64,000 nucleotides of DNA, from the NCBI GenBank assembly GCA_964016885.1, contig OZ024740.1:200632001-200696000 (forward strand), read 5' to 3'. The position numbers were made by a program, and so were the translations under genes. Source of the DNA: Eledone cirrhosa. Its lineage: Eukaryota. Under the pieces are notes generated by a model. The model saw nothing but the letters and a program-made list of their open reading frames with translations, ran no database searches and had not been told where the DNA came from. Positions 41,553-56,290 of the stretch are shown here, one piece after another (within the stretch, counting starts at the first letter, position 1; each line of letters begins with the position of its first letter).

Positions 41553-41592
<40 letters not shown>

Positions 41593-42365
41593 ATAGAGAG
41601 AGGGAGAAAGAGAAAGTGAGAGAGAGGGAGAAAGCGAGATGCATAGATAGATTGAAAATAGGGATGTAGATCGATATAGTGCTAAATACTTGGCAGCCTT
41701 CGCAATTATTTCGACCTGTTGTCCACAGAACTGCTCGAGGATAACAAGGGCAAAAATTACTTATATCAGAGTAAACAGATAACTGATATATTCGCTGAGC
41801 AACAATACTCAAATAGAATATGTTAAGGCAGACAAAAATCAAAGGAATCTCAGAAATTTAACAACTTAATCAAAGAAAATGTTGAGAAAACTTATTTCAT
41901 TGCCTGGGTTTTGACCCGAGAGAAACTTGCTAATAATCAGACAATTATGACTCAGTATCTCATCGGTAAGCCTTCATCAGATTAGCCGAAAATTCTTCTC
42001 ACCTCTAGACAGTTGCGAAGTCAAGCTAGCTATGCCCTCCTTTCCTGCTTGAGTATCATAACATAACAGGTTATTAGCATAGTTTGGCAGGAGAATCCTA
42101 AAAATAAAACTGTCCCGTTCGACCAACCAAAACAACATAACCGATCGAGTCAGGTGTAAATTATGATAACTTTTTAGATTAATACAATTCTAAATGCATA
42201 GAAAACGTTGCAGCAGCATTGATAAATGATAGCATGTTTGCAGCTTATTGCAGCAGGATTGATAAATAATAGCATGGGCGAAAGATGTTTGTTTCAGATA
42301 GATATGTAGATATATACACGTGTAGATATATGTGTGTGTGAGTGAGTGAGTATGTGTGCGTGTGA

Positions 42366-42397
<32 letters not shown>

Positions 42398-43010
42398 TTG
42401 TGTTTGTGTGTGTGTGTGCGTGTGCGTGTGTGTGTGTGTGTGTGTATATGTTTATGGCTGTCTTGTCTAATAAAGTGAATATATTTATGTGCTGTTTGAG
42501 TTACTGATGCATGGACTATAGATGCTACCGCAGTTCTCTTTCTTAAAAAGGAAATTATATATTGGGAACAAGTTTCCCACAAATATGAAAATATGCATAA
42601 GTTCCTCTGCTCTATATCCTGATTTTTTATTGTATTCTTAGTAATTTACTCATGGACACGAAGGAATCGCTTCCACTAAACAGTGGGGAAATTGTCTTAG
42701 ATACCTATCCATAAGGGAGATAATCCATTAGAACTTTATTTAATCATTTGCTAGCTAATTGTTAGCTCCGATCAGTCTAATTGCAGAACTGAAAATTGAC
42801 TACTTTTTTGTGAAAAATTATTTTTGTATCGTATTGCTTCTATTATTTGAACGGAAATTAGTCTATCTATCTAGAATTTATTTCAATATGTGTCATGTCA
42901 GTCATAGTTGAAGATTAATAACACTTTTCCCTAGTCACTATATTTATCTTCACATTTGCATATCACCGTTGGTCATGAGTTATATACGTTTCAAACACAA
43001 ACAATCACGT

Positions 43011-43058
<48 letters not shown>

Positions 43059-43223
43059 AGTCGTATATATATATAGTGGGAGAATACTAGAAGTTAATAT
43101 ATGTAGTGGTAGAGCAATCAGTCCATGGGACGAGTTAGGTAGAAGTGGTTACACAAGAGTTAGTTCACCATACCGAGAACAATTGTTTCGCCTTAGAGAA
43201 TCCTCAATGGACATGGTTATACG

Positions 43224-43294
<71 letters not shown>

Positions 43295-43740
43295 GTACAT
43301 GCGCCAAAATAACCTAATTTACATTTCCTGTATATCCTATATGTTGCGTTATTAAGGCCAAAGAGAGAATGGAGTATTTTGCAGCTGCTTTATTTTAGTG
43401 TGCATTACCACTATGTAATATATGAAGAATAAGATGAAACGAGGAATGTGCCAGGCTCTGTGATATATTAGTTATCTCTTTTACATTTCAGATATTATTG
43501 CTACTGTGTGTTTTTGATTTGCATATGACACTCGCTTTTCAAGGCTGAGCCCATAACGTCACGGTGGACAGTAATCTAGAGGATGGCTAGGGAGACGTGC
43601 CGGAACACCCTCTCCACTTCACGAGACGCATTTGCGGGTAGCCAAATCCTCGCTGAGGGCAGTGAGTAAGGATATGGTCCGTGGGCCAAGAACGCCGGAA
43701 GTCTCCACTGTTACGTATGCCTTAAGATCACTTCATAATT

Positions 43741-44925
43741 AAATACCTAGAGCAGGACCAATCCTGGTAATTGTGATACACTCATATCACTTTGAAGAAT
43801 CACAAACCAAATTTTAGTAATAACCTATCTATTCGGTTTATTAACCATACTTTTGTTAATCAAACCAAGGCAGTCTTTTAAAAATAATTTTAGACAGAAG
43901 TATAAAGCAAGTTAAAGAAATGGCAAATTTAGCATGGTGAAATAATTATTTCGCTGTGATTGATTTTATTAAGGGCATCCGCAGCAAAGATCATTGCCCT
44001 TTTATCGAATTTGACACCAACAACTATTATTCATATAATATGCTAGAGCTAGGGGCTATTCATTTCACCAAAACTTTAACAGAGACTAAGACTTGTCATT
44101 TTAACTGCTCCTAAGATTCCGGTAAACTTTGATAATTCTATTTTGTTAAAGGAAATAAATAGCACCCCGCTTCAATATAAGCATGGGATTAAGCAATTGA
44201 CCGGAGATTACTGACCTCATTGATTTCGGTTTACTATACTCAATTAAGGGGGAATTCTATGTGATGATGGAAGGTCTTTTGACTACGAATATATGCGGAC
44301 CCAGATATGTATGTATATAGCTTTCGTTAAAAGCTTCGATCTTTGTATAAAAGTGGTTGTAAACTTATCAGAATTGAATTTTCTAGACGTGACCCTAAAT
44401 ACGTCGAAAGGCCTGTATTACCCGTAGAGAAAGCGGAATGAGATTAGATTGCATTAGTAAAACTTCCAACCACCCTAACAATATTACTAAAACCTTGGTT
44501 AGGAACGTCTCATTTAGGTTTTCCCGTTCATCACCTAAATGGTGTTAAAGATCATTCAATATTCTATGACAAAGCTTTCATTCGGGGTGGATTTTATAGG
44601 AAAAGTACAATGCATTACAAACAGCCATATAACTTTTTTTAAATAGCACTAAATGTATACGCCACCATACAATATGGAAGTGGCCACACCAATAGCTTTT
44701 TCTTAAACAAATTTAGGAAGCATTTCATAAATATCATAAACTACTTAACACAAATGTGGTTAAAATATCAAACTTTACTGCACCTGAGCAAGCATATGAT
44801 ATCACTTCATACAATATAGTGAACTTATCTAACTATAGAAACATATACAACACTGGAATTAGCTCTAGCTCTGTAGTTGTATCAATAGTGACAACCTTCC
44901 CTTTAGCTGCGAAATACTTATCTTG

Positions 44926-44930
<5 letters not shown>
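43741..44930 (+). pseudogene. Decayed Hydra-like PLE RT region
   Basis: HITLKNHKPNFSNNLSIRFIN; VNFDNSILLKEINSTP/FNISMG..PEITDLI..LLYSIKGEF; ends at a CxC-like SCSCINSD; aligns with the 2644-5700 ORF. Confidence 0.75.
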
Positions 44931-44983
<53 letters not shown>

Positions 44984-45096
44984 TACAAGATAAGTATTTC
45001 GCAGCTAAAGGGAAGTTGTCACTATTGATACAACTACAGAGCTAGAGCTAATTCCAGTGTTGTATATGTTTCTATAGTTAGATAAGTTCACTATAT
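44814..45096. repeat. ~116-bp inverted duplication around a (TA)n spacer
   Basis: 44814-44930 is the reverse complement of 44981-45096 (one 1-nt indel seen). Confidence 0.95.
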
Positions 45097-45112
45097 ATAT
45101 ATTTATATATAT

Positions 45113-45898
<786 letters not shown>

Positions 45899-45992
45899 CT
45901 CTAGTGTTTTACCTTTTCAACATATTGTATTTTAAAGAGCTCGGGATTCGTTCTCCTTTGAGCACATTATTGAAAGGGAATAGTGGATTGAA

Positions 45993-46178
45993 AGGGCGGT
46001 GAATTGGCAGTATCGCTAGAGAGTCAGACGCCATGCTTTCCAGCATAGTTACGTCCCTTTACGGTCTGTGTTCAAATCCCGCCGAGGTTAACTTTGCCTT
46101 TCATCCTTCCGGGGTCGATAAAAGAAAGTACCAGTAATGTACTGGTTAATTGCTGGCTTTGTGCCAAAAGTAGAAACA
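45993..46178 (+). mobile_element. tRNA-derived SINE (Meta-like) with an 18-bp flanking direct repeat
   Basis: A/B boxes and Meta-like block; attattgaaagggaatag at 45966 and 46179. Confidence 0.85.
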
Positions 46179-46271
46179 ATTATTGAAAGGGAATAGCGAG
46201 AGGCTATGGCTCCGTTAATTTATCGTGATATATATATATATATGTGTGTGTATATATATATATATATATAT

Positions 46272-46319
<48 letters not shown>

Positions 46320-46402
46320 ATATATGTGTGTGTATATATATGTGTGAGTGTGTGTGTGTGTGTAAAACGAACTATCAGTGATGCATCGAAACACAATTTA
46401 TT

Positions 46403-46495
46403 ACGTATTACAATTGTTTCTCCGGCGAACAGCTCGAGATGCGATCTATTTGTGGATCGAACCTGGCCCTGGATTCTCAAGTTCCTCAGATACGT
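46403..46495 (-). ncRNA. Hammerhead ribozyme with 62-nt extended stem II, intact core
   Basis: acgtat CTGAGGA [62 nt] GAAA caattg TA atacgt AATAAA: perfect 6-bp stem I, palindromic stem III. Confidence 0.8.
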
Positions 46496-48030
46496 CTAGC
46501 GACTTCGAAGCGAATCCTCTATACACTGCTCTGAAGGAGCATAGAGTGCTCAAACGGCATACCGCCTATGGACGCATCCAAGCAACCTTACCCCAAATAT
46601 ATATATATCCAACCGTTTGAAGGAAAATACTTTGGAGAATAAAGAATTGTAATATCCTATTAGGCCAAATTCTCAGCACAAACTATTTTGGCTACTGCAT
46701 TAGGGGTACTAGTTTAATATACATATTAGGACTTGCTTAATGCAATTTGCAAAATATAGGAGAGAGACTGATATCACAACCCAGAAAATTATGGATGTTT
46801 AAATTTTAATATTTTCCAGACTTACTACAGCCACAGCCAATTTATTTATTTATGGGTTTGTGTATATTTACTATAAACTTTGTGATTTGTTTTTAATTTT
46901 CTGTCCACTCAGCGTATTTTACTTCGATATATTCAGTATTAACTGTCTCGGCTTGATCTCGGGTTAATTTGTCATAACATCGTTTCTTATCAACGGACAG
47001 TTATTCACATTACCATATCTATCAGCAATATATGCTGCAAATAATCTCCAACAAAATAGATGCAACAGCGACAACAATAATAATAACAGAAACAACATTT
47101 ATCTCGAAATGCCAAAACAAATATAGGAAATAATCAGTAAATAATAAATAACGGAAAAATATTCTTGGACGAAAGTAGCGTCTTAAAATGTCCAAACTTT
47201 TAATTCTTTATATATTCTTCCATCGATTATCTACATAGTGGATTTAGAAATCTGAGTTATGCAAAAATTATTGTGTTGAATACTTATCTGAAAATGATTA
47301 TTTTTTTTCTTATATTATTTATTTTGATTGGTATTATTATTATTATTAATATTATTATTATTATTGGTGCTTCTTCTGGGTTTTTTATTAATGTTATTTT
47401 CGTAAATTGATTATGCTTTTTCCAAAAAGAAAGACATTGTTATGAATCGTTCAGCGAGATATACGATGTCTGGAATTAATAACTGACAGTTAAATAGAAA
47501 TACATGATGTAATACGAATATAAATATAAAACGGGGAAAGAAGACATAACGTTTGAATTATGATAGTCGTAAGCATGGTTGAAATTTATAATCCCAACAG
47601 TTAACCCAAGCTGCAACAGACAGTTCGCAATTCTATAGAATGCTTCTACCAAAAGTTATTGAAGGATATAATCTTTATATATTATTCGTCCAGAACACAA
47701 ATAGAGCCAAATATGGAAATAAATAATAAAAACACATAAGAAATAGTAAAGTATGTAATAAATTAACGACAACGAATATTGCACTGATGATTCAATGAAA
47801 TAGAGAAAAAAAAGAAAGTTATTTATTACATCGATAAATTTATACGTAAAATTCCATCGATATGTTAGATTAAAGAAAAAAAGGGTATTATGGAGATATG
47901 TCTCGCAATAAGTACCACTGATGTTTTCAATATATATGAGGTATAAAATATATACGCACACACATACATATATATATATATAGACTATACACACATATAT
48001 ATATATGTATATATATGTGTATATTATATA

Positions 48031-48081
<51 letters not shown>

Positions 48082-49520
48082 TTACCACCACTATAAAAAT
48101 CATCCTACATCAGCATTTAGTTTTCCCATTCGTCCCTTTTCATATCGTTTTATTTATTCTGGAGAAATAAGCAATGACTTCTTTATATTTCTGTGTACAC
48201 AATTTTGGTTTCAATCTCATCTAATTGACTACAACTAAAACACGTTACTGATAATAGGAGTGAATTAATTTCCCTGGCAATATACAAATGTGAAATCAAT
48301 ATGAAATATTTTAACTCTTTTCATATCAACAGGTCTGAAACCACCCCTAGATATACAATACAAAGTTGTTTGTGTTAAATCTGTTCATATATATTTATGA
48401 CTATCGCATTATAATTATTGTGTTATGCTCCAAACACTACTTTAATCATGGAAAATGTAATTACATTACTAAATTCTTCCAAATTCTTGATTCTTTTGAA
48501 AATTATTTAAAACTTGTAGCCAGCTATTTTCTTTTCGTGGAAATGGAAAGGAATGAACAACCGTCTGTTCCAATTTCTCGATCAAGAAAACGCCCTACAC
48601 TGGAAAATTAGATGCCAATGACTGAGTATACTGCGGACGAGTACATGTTATTTTCGGTGCTCTATATGGGGCGTGCGGCACGACCACCTCCACCGATTAA
48701 ACTCCTCACCAATGTATCCTCAGTACAGCAGCAGCATTACTATATTTTGGTCGGCGGGAAATCAAGTGTTACGGCATTATATCAATTCAAATTACTCATG
48801 TAAAATTCTAAAATGTGACAGCTGGTGCTGATCTCTGCATCAGCAAGTAGCTTATGGCAAGTTTCCATTTTATTAGAATACGGAGCGTTAATTGGCGCCT
48901 AATTTTTAATTACTTTGAACACTCAGTAATCCTTTCCCTCTCTCAATAAAAATGATATAAATACATGTCTCAGTGCTATTACAGCCGAACCGATGCTCAA
49001 AAACACCCACTCTTCTGCAATACCTAAAGTTGATGGTGTAAAAATGTAAAGGTAAATTAGTGTATTTAGTGAGTCGGATTACTATGCTTCACAGTATTTG
49101 TTCTGACTATCTACGCGCTGAGTTCAAAGCCTTACGATGCCGATTTTGCCTTACATCCATTCAGTTTCGATAAAAAAAATTGCCAGTCAGGAGATATGGA
49201 CTGGCTAAACTGTTATAGGGATACACCTTTCGCCCCTTTGCGTTGGTATCGCCTTATGTTTCCCTTGGGCAACGTAAGTGGCATAAAGAGAGCGGGAAAA
49301 TTGCGTCGTGCATACGTGAATGCTTGTTTTCCACAAAACGCGTCTAAAAATCAATTTAATGATGTGAAAGGTATTTTACTTAATCTTTCTAAATTCTTGA
49401 TTATTTTCAATTTTTGGGGAAAATCATAAGCAATGTTTAACCTTAGATATATGATAACGAAAGGGTTAAACTTATAAACAAACAACGCTAATTTTACTAA
49501 TAGCCTCTGAATAATAATAT

Positions 49521-49708
49521 AATTGTTTCTACTATTGGCACAAGGTCAGCAAATACCCAGTACATTACTGGTACTTTATTTAATCGACCCCGTAAAGATG
49601 AAAGGTAAAGTTAACCTCGGCGGGATTTGAACTCAGAATGGCAAGTGTCGTAACTCTATGCGTCAAAGCATGGCGTCCGACCCTCTACCAATACTGCCAA
49701 TTCACCTT
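49521..49708 (-). mobile_element. tRNA-derived SINE (same family as 8851)
   Basis: Collinear match to 8851-9040. Confidence 0.85.
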
Positions 49709-51370
49709 CAAGATATAATAGAAAACTTCAATCTACATTTGGCTTTTTTAAGCGGTAAATATTAGATATATATATATTACGTTTATTTTTTTTATTGAGA
49801 AATAAATACTCGCTGTTAATGGAAGAATCTATTTCTTTAAAATATTTTAACAACCTGTGTCATAAGGTCAGAATATCTGTAGTCATATTTCTATAATTTT
49901 TCTGGCGTTCACATTTAATATTTCATATATATATATATATATATATCTACGCATATATACACACACGCACACATACACACATATGCTTACATATATAAAC
50001 GCGCGAATGCAACTATATGCGTATATACATACATATGTGCGTGTCTGTGTGTGTATATGTATGTTTATATGTATGTGTGCTTGTATGTGTGTATGTATAT
50101 ATGTATGTAAATACATATATAGAAAGAGAATAGGGCACACATAGATTTTATCATGTATTTTTCATTCATTTAAAATTTCGAATTCTATATAGTTGTCCTT
50201 TTAACCTTTAAATATTTACTGTTTATCAAGCGATATTCCATTTGGTCTTATTGTTTTCTTAACACTATTTGCTAAATTATTGTTGTTGTTTCTGTTGTTG
50301 GTATTGTTTTTATGATCTCTATTATATACCCCAAATAATAAAATGTCCAATGGAACAAAAACCAAACCAAAATACACTGGTCAACACCAGAATCAATTAA
50401 ATTTAATTTATATAATACTACAATATCCCAATTTGGTTAAACTTTTCATATTTCCACCCTTCCAAAAAAAATCAATTCTACATTTATAAACACAAAACAC
50501 CAATCATGATGTATGCTTCTATCATTTCATCCTTTAACTGGTTTCAGTTATTATATTGCGACCATACTGGAGTACCACCTTCCCCACGTTCGTCATATCG
50601 ACCTCAGTCTGGAACTTTTTGCATCCATTGTTTGTTTTTTCTTTTTATTTGTCGAACTGCTATATTACGGGATGTAAAGCATAGACTCACACACATACAC
50701 CAGGCATCATCGCTAGAAGGCATTAGGCCAATCCAAGGCTATAGTAAAAAGCACTTGTCCAATGTGCCAGGGAGGGTAATCTGAACACTCAAACCACACA
50801 TCCATACCTGCGACTATGTACAGATATATCATCTTAATACGATCCTTCTTAGTTGGCTTTCCATCTTTTATTTCTCACTATTTAAACTGTGTTCTATCTT
50901 AGTAATCCAATTTTTTTTATTTCTAATTCAATTCTAAAGTTTTTCTTTCTGATTTCCATTGTTATTAAATTAAATTTCTGAATGAAACATGCTTTATCTA
51001 TTTAAATTTACTGACTTGTTTGTCCTATCATTACAATATTATTGTATATTGGTAAACATAGACTACATTATTAAGCAATATGCAACAGAAACGAGCTGTT
51101 AAAGAAGTAACTATGGTACTTTTTTTTATTTAAGAAACAATTTTAAATTGAAATTTAGTTTTATGTCAGACATTTTATAAATTAAAGATAATGTTGTTGT
51201 TATTGAGCCAGTTGTTGTCATTATTATTACAGTTCTGGTAGCAGCTCTCTTGAGAGCATCGATAGTCGCACTAGCAATTGCAGCTCCGACGGTATCGAAA
51301 AATCGCACCACGTTCGTGTTCATTACCCAAATATATACACATATATACACATATATATACACACACACAT

Positions 51371-51446
<76 letters not shown>

Positions 51447-53109
51447 ATGTTTAACCACGACGGCAGAGCTCAAGCCGTTTAGACGGTTATTTCAGAAATA
51501 TTTATGAGTGTGTGTCCGTGTGTGCGTGTGTGTGCGCGCGCGTGTATGTGCATGTGTAAGTATATGTATATAAGAATATTTCCATGGTTATGCCTGCTCT
51601 CGCAAGCGTCATAAGCAAAATACTGAATTGATGCATGACTGCAGTTATGATGTAAGACATGTAAATCGGAGAATGTTCGCTTCCTCGTGGTTTCAATAAA
51701 AGTATCCCACATAAAGACTGGTGAACCTCACATGAAGAATGCGGTTAAAAAATATTGAAATAAAATGTAATTATAAATGAATAATAAAAGAAATAAAAGA
51801 ACTTAATTAAGATAAGAAATAAAAATATATATCTTATAAACAATATATTGTGTGAAAGGAAAATATATAAAATATAGTGATGCCTGCAATACGGCCGTCT
51901 ACAACTTCAGGTACTTCAATATAATGTAATACTTATATATAGATATAAATATATATATGAATCACTACCTCCTTGCGGACAACTGACGCCGCATACCAGG
52001 TCCAAAAATAGAAGAGCCAAACTCTCACTGTCATCGCCTCCATCTCTCTCGCCCTCCGCATCTCACTGTATTATGAACAAATGGGGTCCCACGTGCTGGC
52101 TGCCCCACGGCCCCGGCGGACAGAATGGAGAAGGCGTTTCCCCGGAGGATGGTAAGGGTGATGCATTTTAAGTACCGGCTAGCTACATCCTCTTAAAGGA
52201 GACATTATATCTATTTTCAAACAGTCTACACACCAGGGCCAATATGGGAAGCGACTTATTCTCTGACCAGTCACACATTAGAACAAGAAAATTATTTACA
52301 TGCTTTTATCTATGAGAATTCCAGTTTACAATTTACTGTATTGAATTCCATAATGAAATTTCAAGGTAGAGTAAGGCAATAAGCCCTTTACTCCTTGTAG
52401 GGTCAAGGGAGCACTGACATGAAACTCGATTTGTTTTGGGCATTTGAAATCTGGTGGAGCCGATTCCTTTTCAGGCTGGAACCTAATCAGTTCTCCGAGA
52501 GCAAGATAAAGAGAATCGTACCTTGTCCTGGACCGGCAAATTATTTATCATGCTCGAAAAGATTTGGTCTTGGTAGGTTTTGAATGCAGAGCACAGTATG
52601 CCGTAAGAAATACTGACTCCCTAATGACTCTGCCAGCTTGCTGCGTTTTTAATGAGAAAATATAGACGACAAAATATGTAGACCTAATTTCAAGGAAGAA
52701 ATATGGAGTTAGGGCGGTGAAATTGTGAAAAACTTATATAGATTGATATTATAGTAAATTATTAATAGAGAAGCGAACTATATTTTGTTGGTCATTTGAA
52801 ATAACTTTAGTGTTGTGGATATGCTTTGCAGTAATTTTTCGTGTATTGCTTTATTACAACAGTATTTGGAACCACTTCTATAGATATTGATGTCGTACTA
52901 TAACGGGCGGACGACGATGTGTCTTTTTCTGTTCACAAATTCATAGGACCATAAAGTATTTAAAACTTTAGAGATAGTATGGTATATAAAACCACGTCAT
53001 ACTCGATTGCCAATGACGGCCGTAGTAATGTGCAGCTTTAGCAAAATTCAGTGGCTATTTTTAACAATCCGAACGACGACATACAGACTCTCTTTTTGGT
53101 TTCTATGAA

Positions 53110-53340
53110 TGTTGTTATTGGTGGCTGTGGTAGTGTTAATGATAGTGTTATTAGTAGTGTTAGTGGTGATGCTAGTGCTAGTGGTAATGGTGATGATGCG
53201 CGCTAATGTCAGTTGGTCAGTTGCAAGTATGTTATTGATGACATCATCATCATCATCATCATCCAAAATGTTAGTAGTTGCAGTAGTAGTAGCAGCAACA
53301 GCAGCAGCAGAAGCAGCAGTAGTAGTAGTAGTAGTAGTAA

Positions 53341-53385
<45 letters not shown>

Positions 53386-53395
53386 ATGTAGCAGT
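53110..53395. repeat. Trinucleotide repeats (GTA/GCA/CAT)n
   Basis: Directly visible. Confidence 0.95.
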
Positions 53396-53676
53396 ATGCG
53401 CAAATATCTTGGTGCCAGTGTTGCTTTTAGGTTGAATTCCCGTCTGTTACTAGGCTGTATGCCTGTCTGTCTGCTCTTCTCATTGTTTAATCAGTTGATT
53501 CGGAGTCTTTTGGCAAACTGACCCGGTCTTGTACAAATAGAACCCGCGAGACATTCCACGGCATTTTCAATGATATTGAAATTAATTCAATCCACAGCTG
53601 ATGTTATAAACAAACATTTCCTGCACTTACAGGCATACGCACACACACACAGACACGCACGCACACACATACACAC

Positions 53677-53726
<50 letters not shown>

Positions 53727-53743
53727 TGAGACACACACTGAGT

Positions 53744-53775
<32 letters not shown>

Positions 53776-54832
53776 ATTCACCCACTTACTCTCACATACT
53801 ACCACAGTCATTGCACACACACACACACACGCTCACACACACATATATCTGTGTGTGTATATATATATATATATATAGGTCCCTTATAATCTGAACACAG
53901 ATGAGTATATATCTCTGTGTATCTCTCGTTATTATATTGAATTATATATATATATATATATATTTCCATAGGAATATGTGTACTCACAAATGCACACAAA
54001 CAGACGCATTTAGATACATGCACACACACACACAGACACACACACACACACAGAAATACACACATTCAACACACATAGACACAGAGAAACACACATACAA
54101 GTAAATACACACATTCACAGAAACATAGATACTACTATGCCAAAACACACATAGGTAAACCCTGATATTTATATACACACATGCACTTACACATACTAAA
54201 ACGAAAACGATGTCTCACAAACACACATATATGTACACATAGTAACTTAGACACAAACACATATATACGCATGCACGCGCTAAATATAGACACTATTGCA
54301 CAAGAACCCTTACACACACATGCCCACAAATGTTCACAATTGCATACACACATGCACACACATTCTAGAGACATATGTGTAAATATAAAATTATTCTGTC
54401 TTGATTTTTCTTTTCAATTATAAAAATATAATATGATTGTATGTTTAGGAAACTCGGCTGACGACCTCGTGGCTTTAGGTTCATCCTATAGCATGGCATT
54501 TTTTGGTAAGTGTCTTATACTACAGCTCGTATCGACACATATACATCTAAATGCATATACATGAATTTATAAGTAATACACATTACAGTTTATAATTGGC
54601 AAATAAATATAATAATCAGATCTGCGCTGAGTTTGCCACCCGCATCTATTTCACTCACTAGTTAGACTGATTCAGCGCATCTCCCTTGCTATTCTTCGGG
54701 GTAGCGCTTTTGAAATTCTGGCGGTGAGACCCTGATGCAAAATCCCCCTAAAGTTTTACGTTTCAAAGAAACAGAAAGGGTGAACGAAAAAAATATGACA
54801 ATCGTTCATTTGTTGCTTCATGTTGTTACCGT

Positions 54833-54945
<113 letters not shown>

Positions 54946-55099
54946 ACTCTCTCTCCCCTCTCTCTCTCTCTAAATACATACATACATACATACATACATG
55001 CATACATACATACATAATTGCAGGCCCTTTTCAGTAAGAAGTGACCATTGTCTTTGCTCCTGTAAGGTTCCTTTTCGAGGCACAAGCCTGTGCAAGGTT

Positions 55100-55760
55100 G
55101 TTTGTGGAAGCTGCATGCTTATCAGAAAAATAATTATGCATGGCTATGTTGCCAGAAAGCTTCAAAGTGAGAGTAACACAGATAAGCGGCGTAGTGCTCA
55201 ATTTGAAGAATTTGGTTTAGCAATCCGAGTACAGAAAATAACATTGAAGTGCCTGATGCACAAAAGAGATAGAAGTGCAGGCCGCACACCTGGATGCGAC
55301 AACAGATGCAGACTCTGCGGAATAAACATCGAGGTTGTGACCCAAATCAAAATCAGCTATCCAAAGATGTCATCACGATAATATTTACCTATGAGGCATG
55401 ATGTATGAACCAAAAGGCTAAAGAATGCAATACCTAGATAGGATAATCCATTAAAACGTAAACGTTACAGTGATGTGAAGAGCACATCGTACATATTATG
55501 AAAGAACACTGGTAGAGTGTTCAGTATAATATGCAAACAAAAGAGACCAGACATACTGCTATGGGACAAAGAAAAGAAGACATGCACCGTAATGAAAATT
55601 GACTGTCCAGTAGATATCAATGTAATGCGAAAGATTGGCGAAGAGAAGAATATTTATGCTGAACTAATGAGGAATCTGCAGATACTGCACCGTGACTATA
55701 CCTTTAGATTTGTACATGGGATCATTGTGGCTGTTGGATATGTTACAAACTAACCTAATC
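55100..55760 (+). mobile_element. R4/Dong-like LINE remnant
   Basis: CRLCGINIEVVTQIKISYPKMSSR*YLPMRHD; RPDILLWDKEKKTCTVMKIDCPVDINV...KNIYAELMRNLQIL. Confidence 0.8.
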
Positions 55761-56232
55761 TAAATCTTGAGATGTTTTCTAACTTCCATTGAAAGCGACA
55801 TTTTTTTCTATATTAGAAACCGCCTCCTTCTTATTGGTGGACATTTATGAAGCAAAATAAGACCATAATATATATATACATAAATACATACAAACAGACT
55901 GACAGACAGACAAGCATACATACACACACATACATACATACATACATACATACATACATACATACATACATACATACATACATACATACATACATACATA
56001 CATACATACATACAATCATGATGGCTGCCCCCTCGTTATCGAGTATGGCCATTGCACGAGAAAAAAAAAACAAAAAAACATAATAATAATAATAATAATA
56101 ATAACAACAATAATAATAACGACAACAACAACAACAACAAAAATAATATACATATATATATATATATATATTTATATAATTATAATGAAATGACAGGAGG
56201 CTGGATTTGTGTAAATCCTTGAAAGGTTTATT

Positions 56233-56290
56233 ATACTATGATCATTTCAATGACCGGGTTCCGTATGAATCCGGTGATATCATCAGGTAT
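56233..56290 (-). ncRNA. Minimal type I hammerhead ribozyme in a PLE terminal repeat (~56175-56860)
   Basis: atac CTGATGA tatcaccggattcatacggaacccggtcatt GAAA tgatca TA gtat AATAAA; palindromic ATGATCAT stem III. Confidence 0.75.

Noticed and set aside
41890-41990. Minus-strand CTGATGA...GAAA with a long insert
   Set aside because: Could not build stems I-III.
43492-43662. Plus-strand exon candidate (TTTCAG...GTGAGT)
   Set aside because: Stops in all three frames; could only be non-coding.
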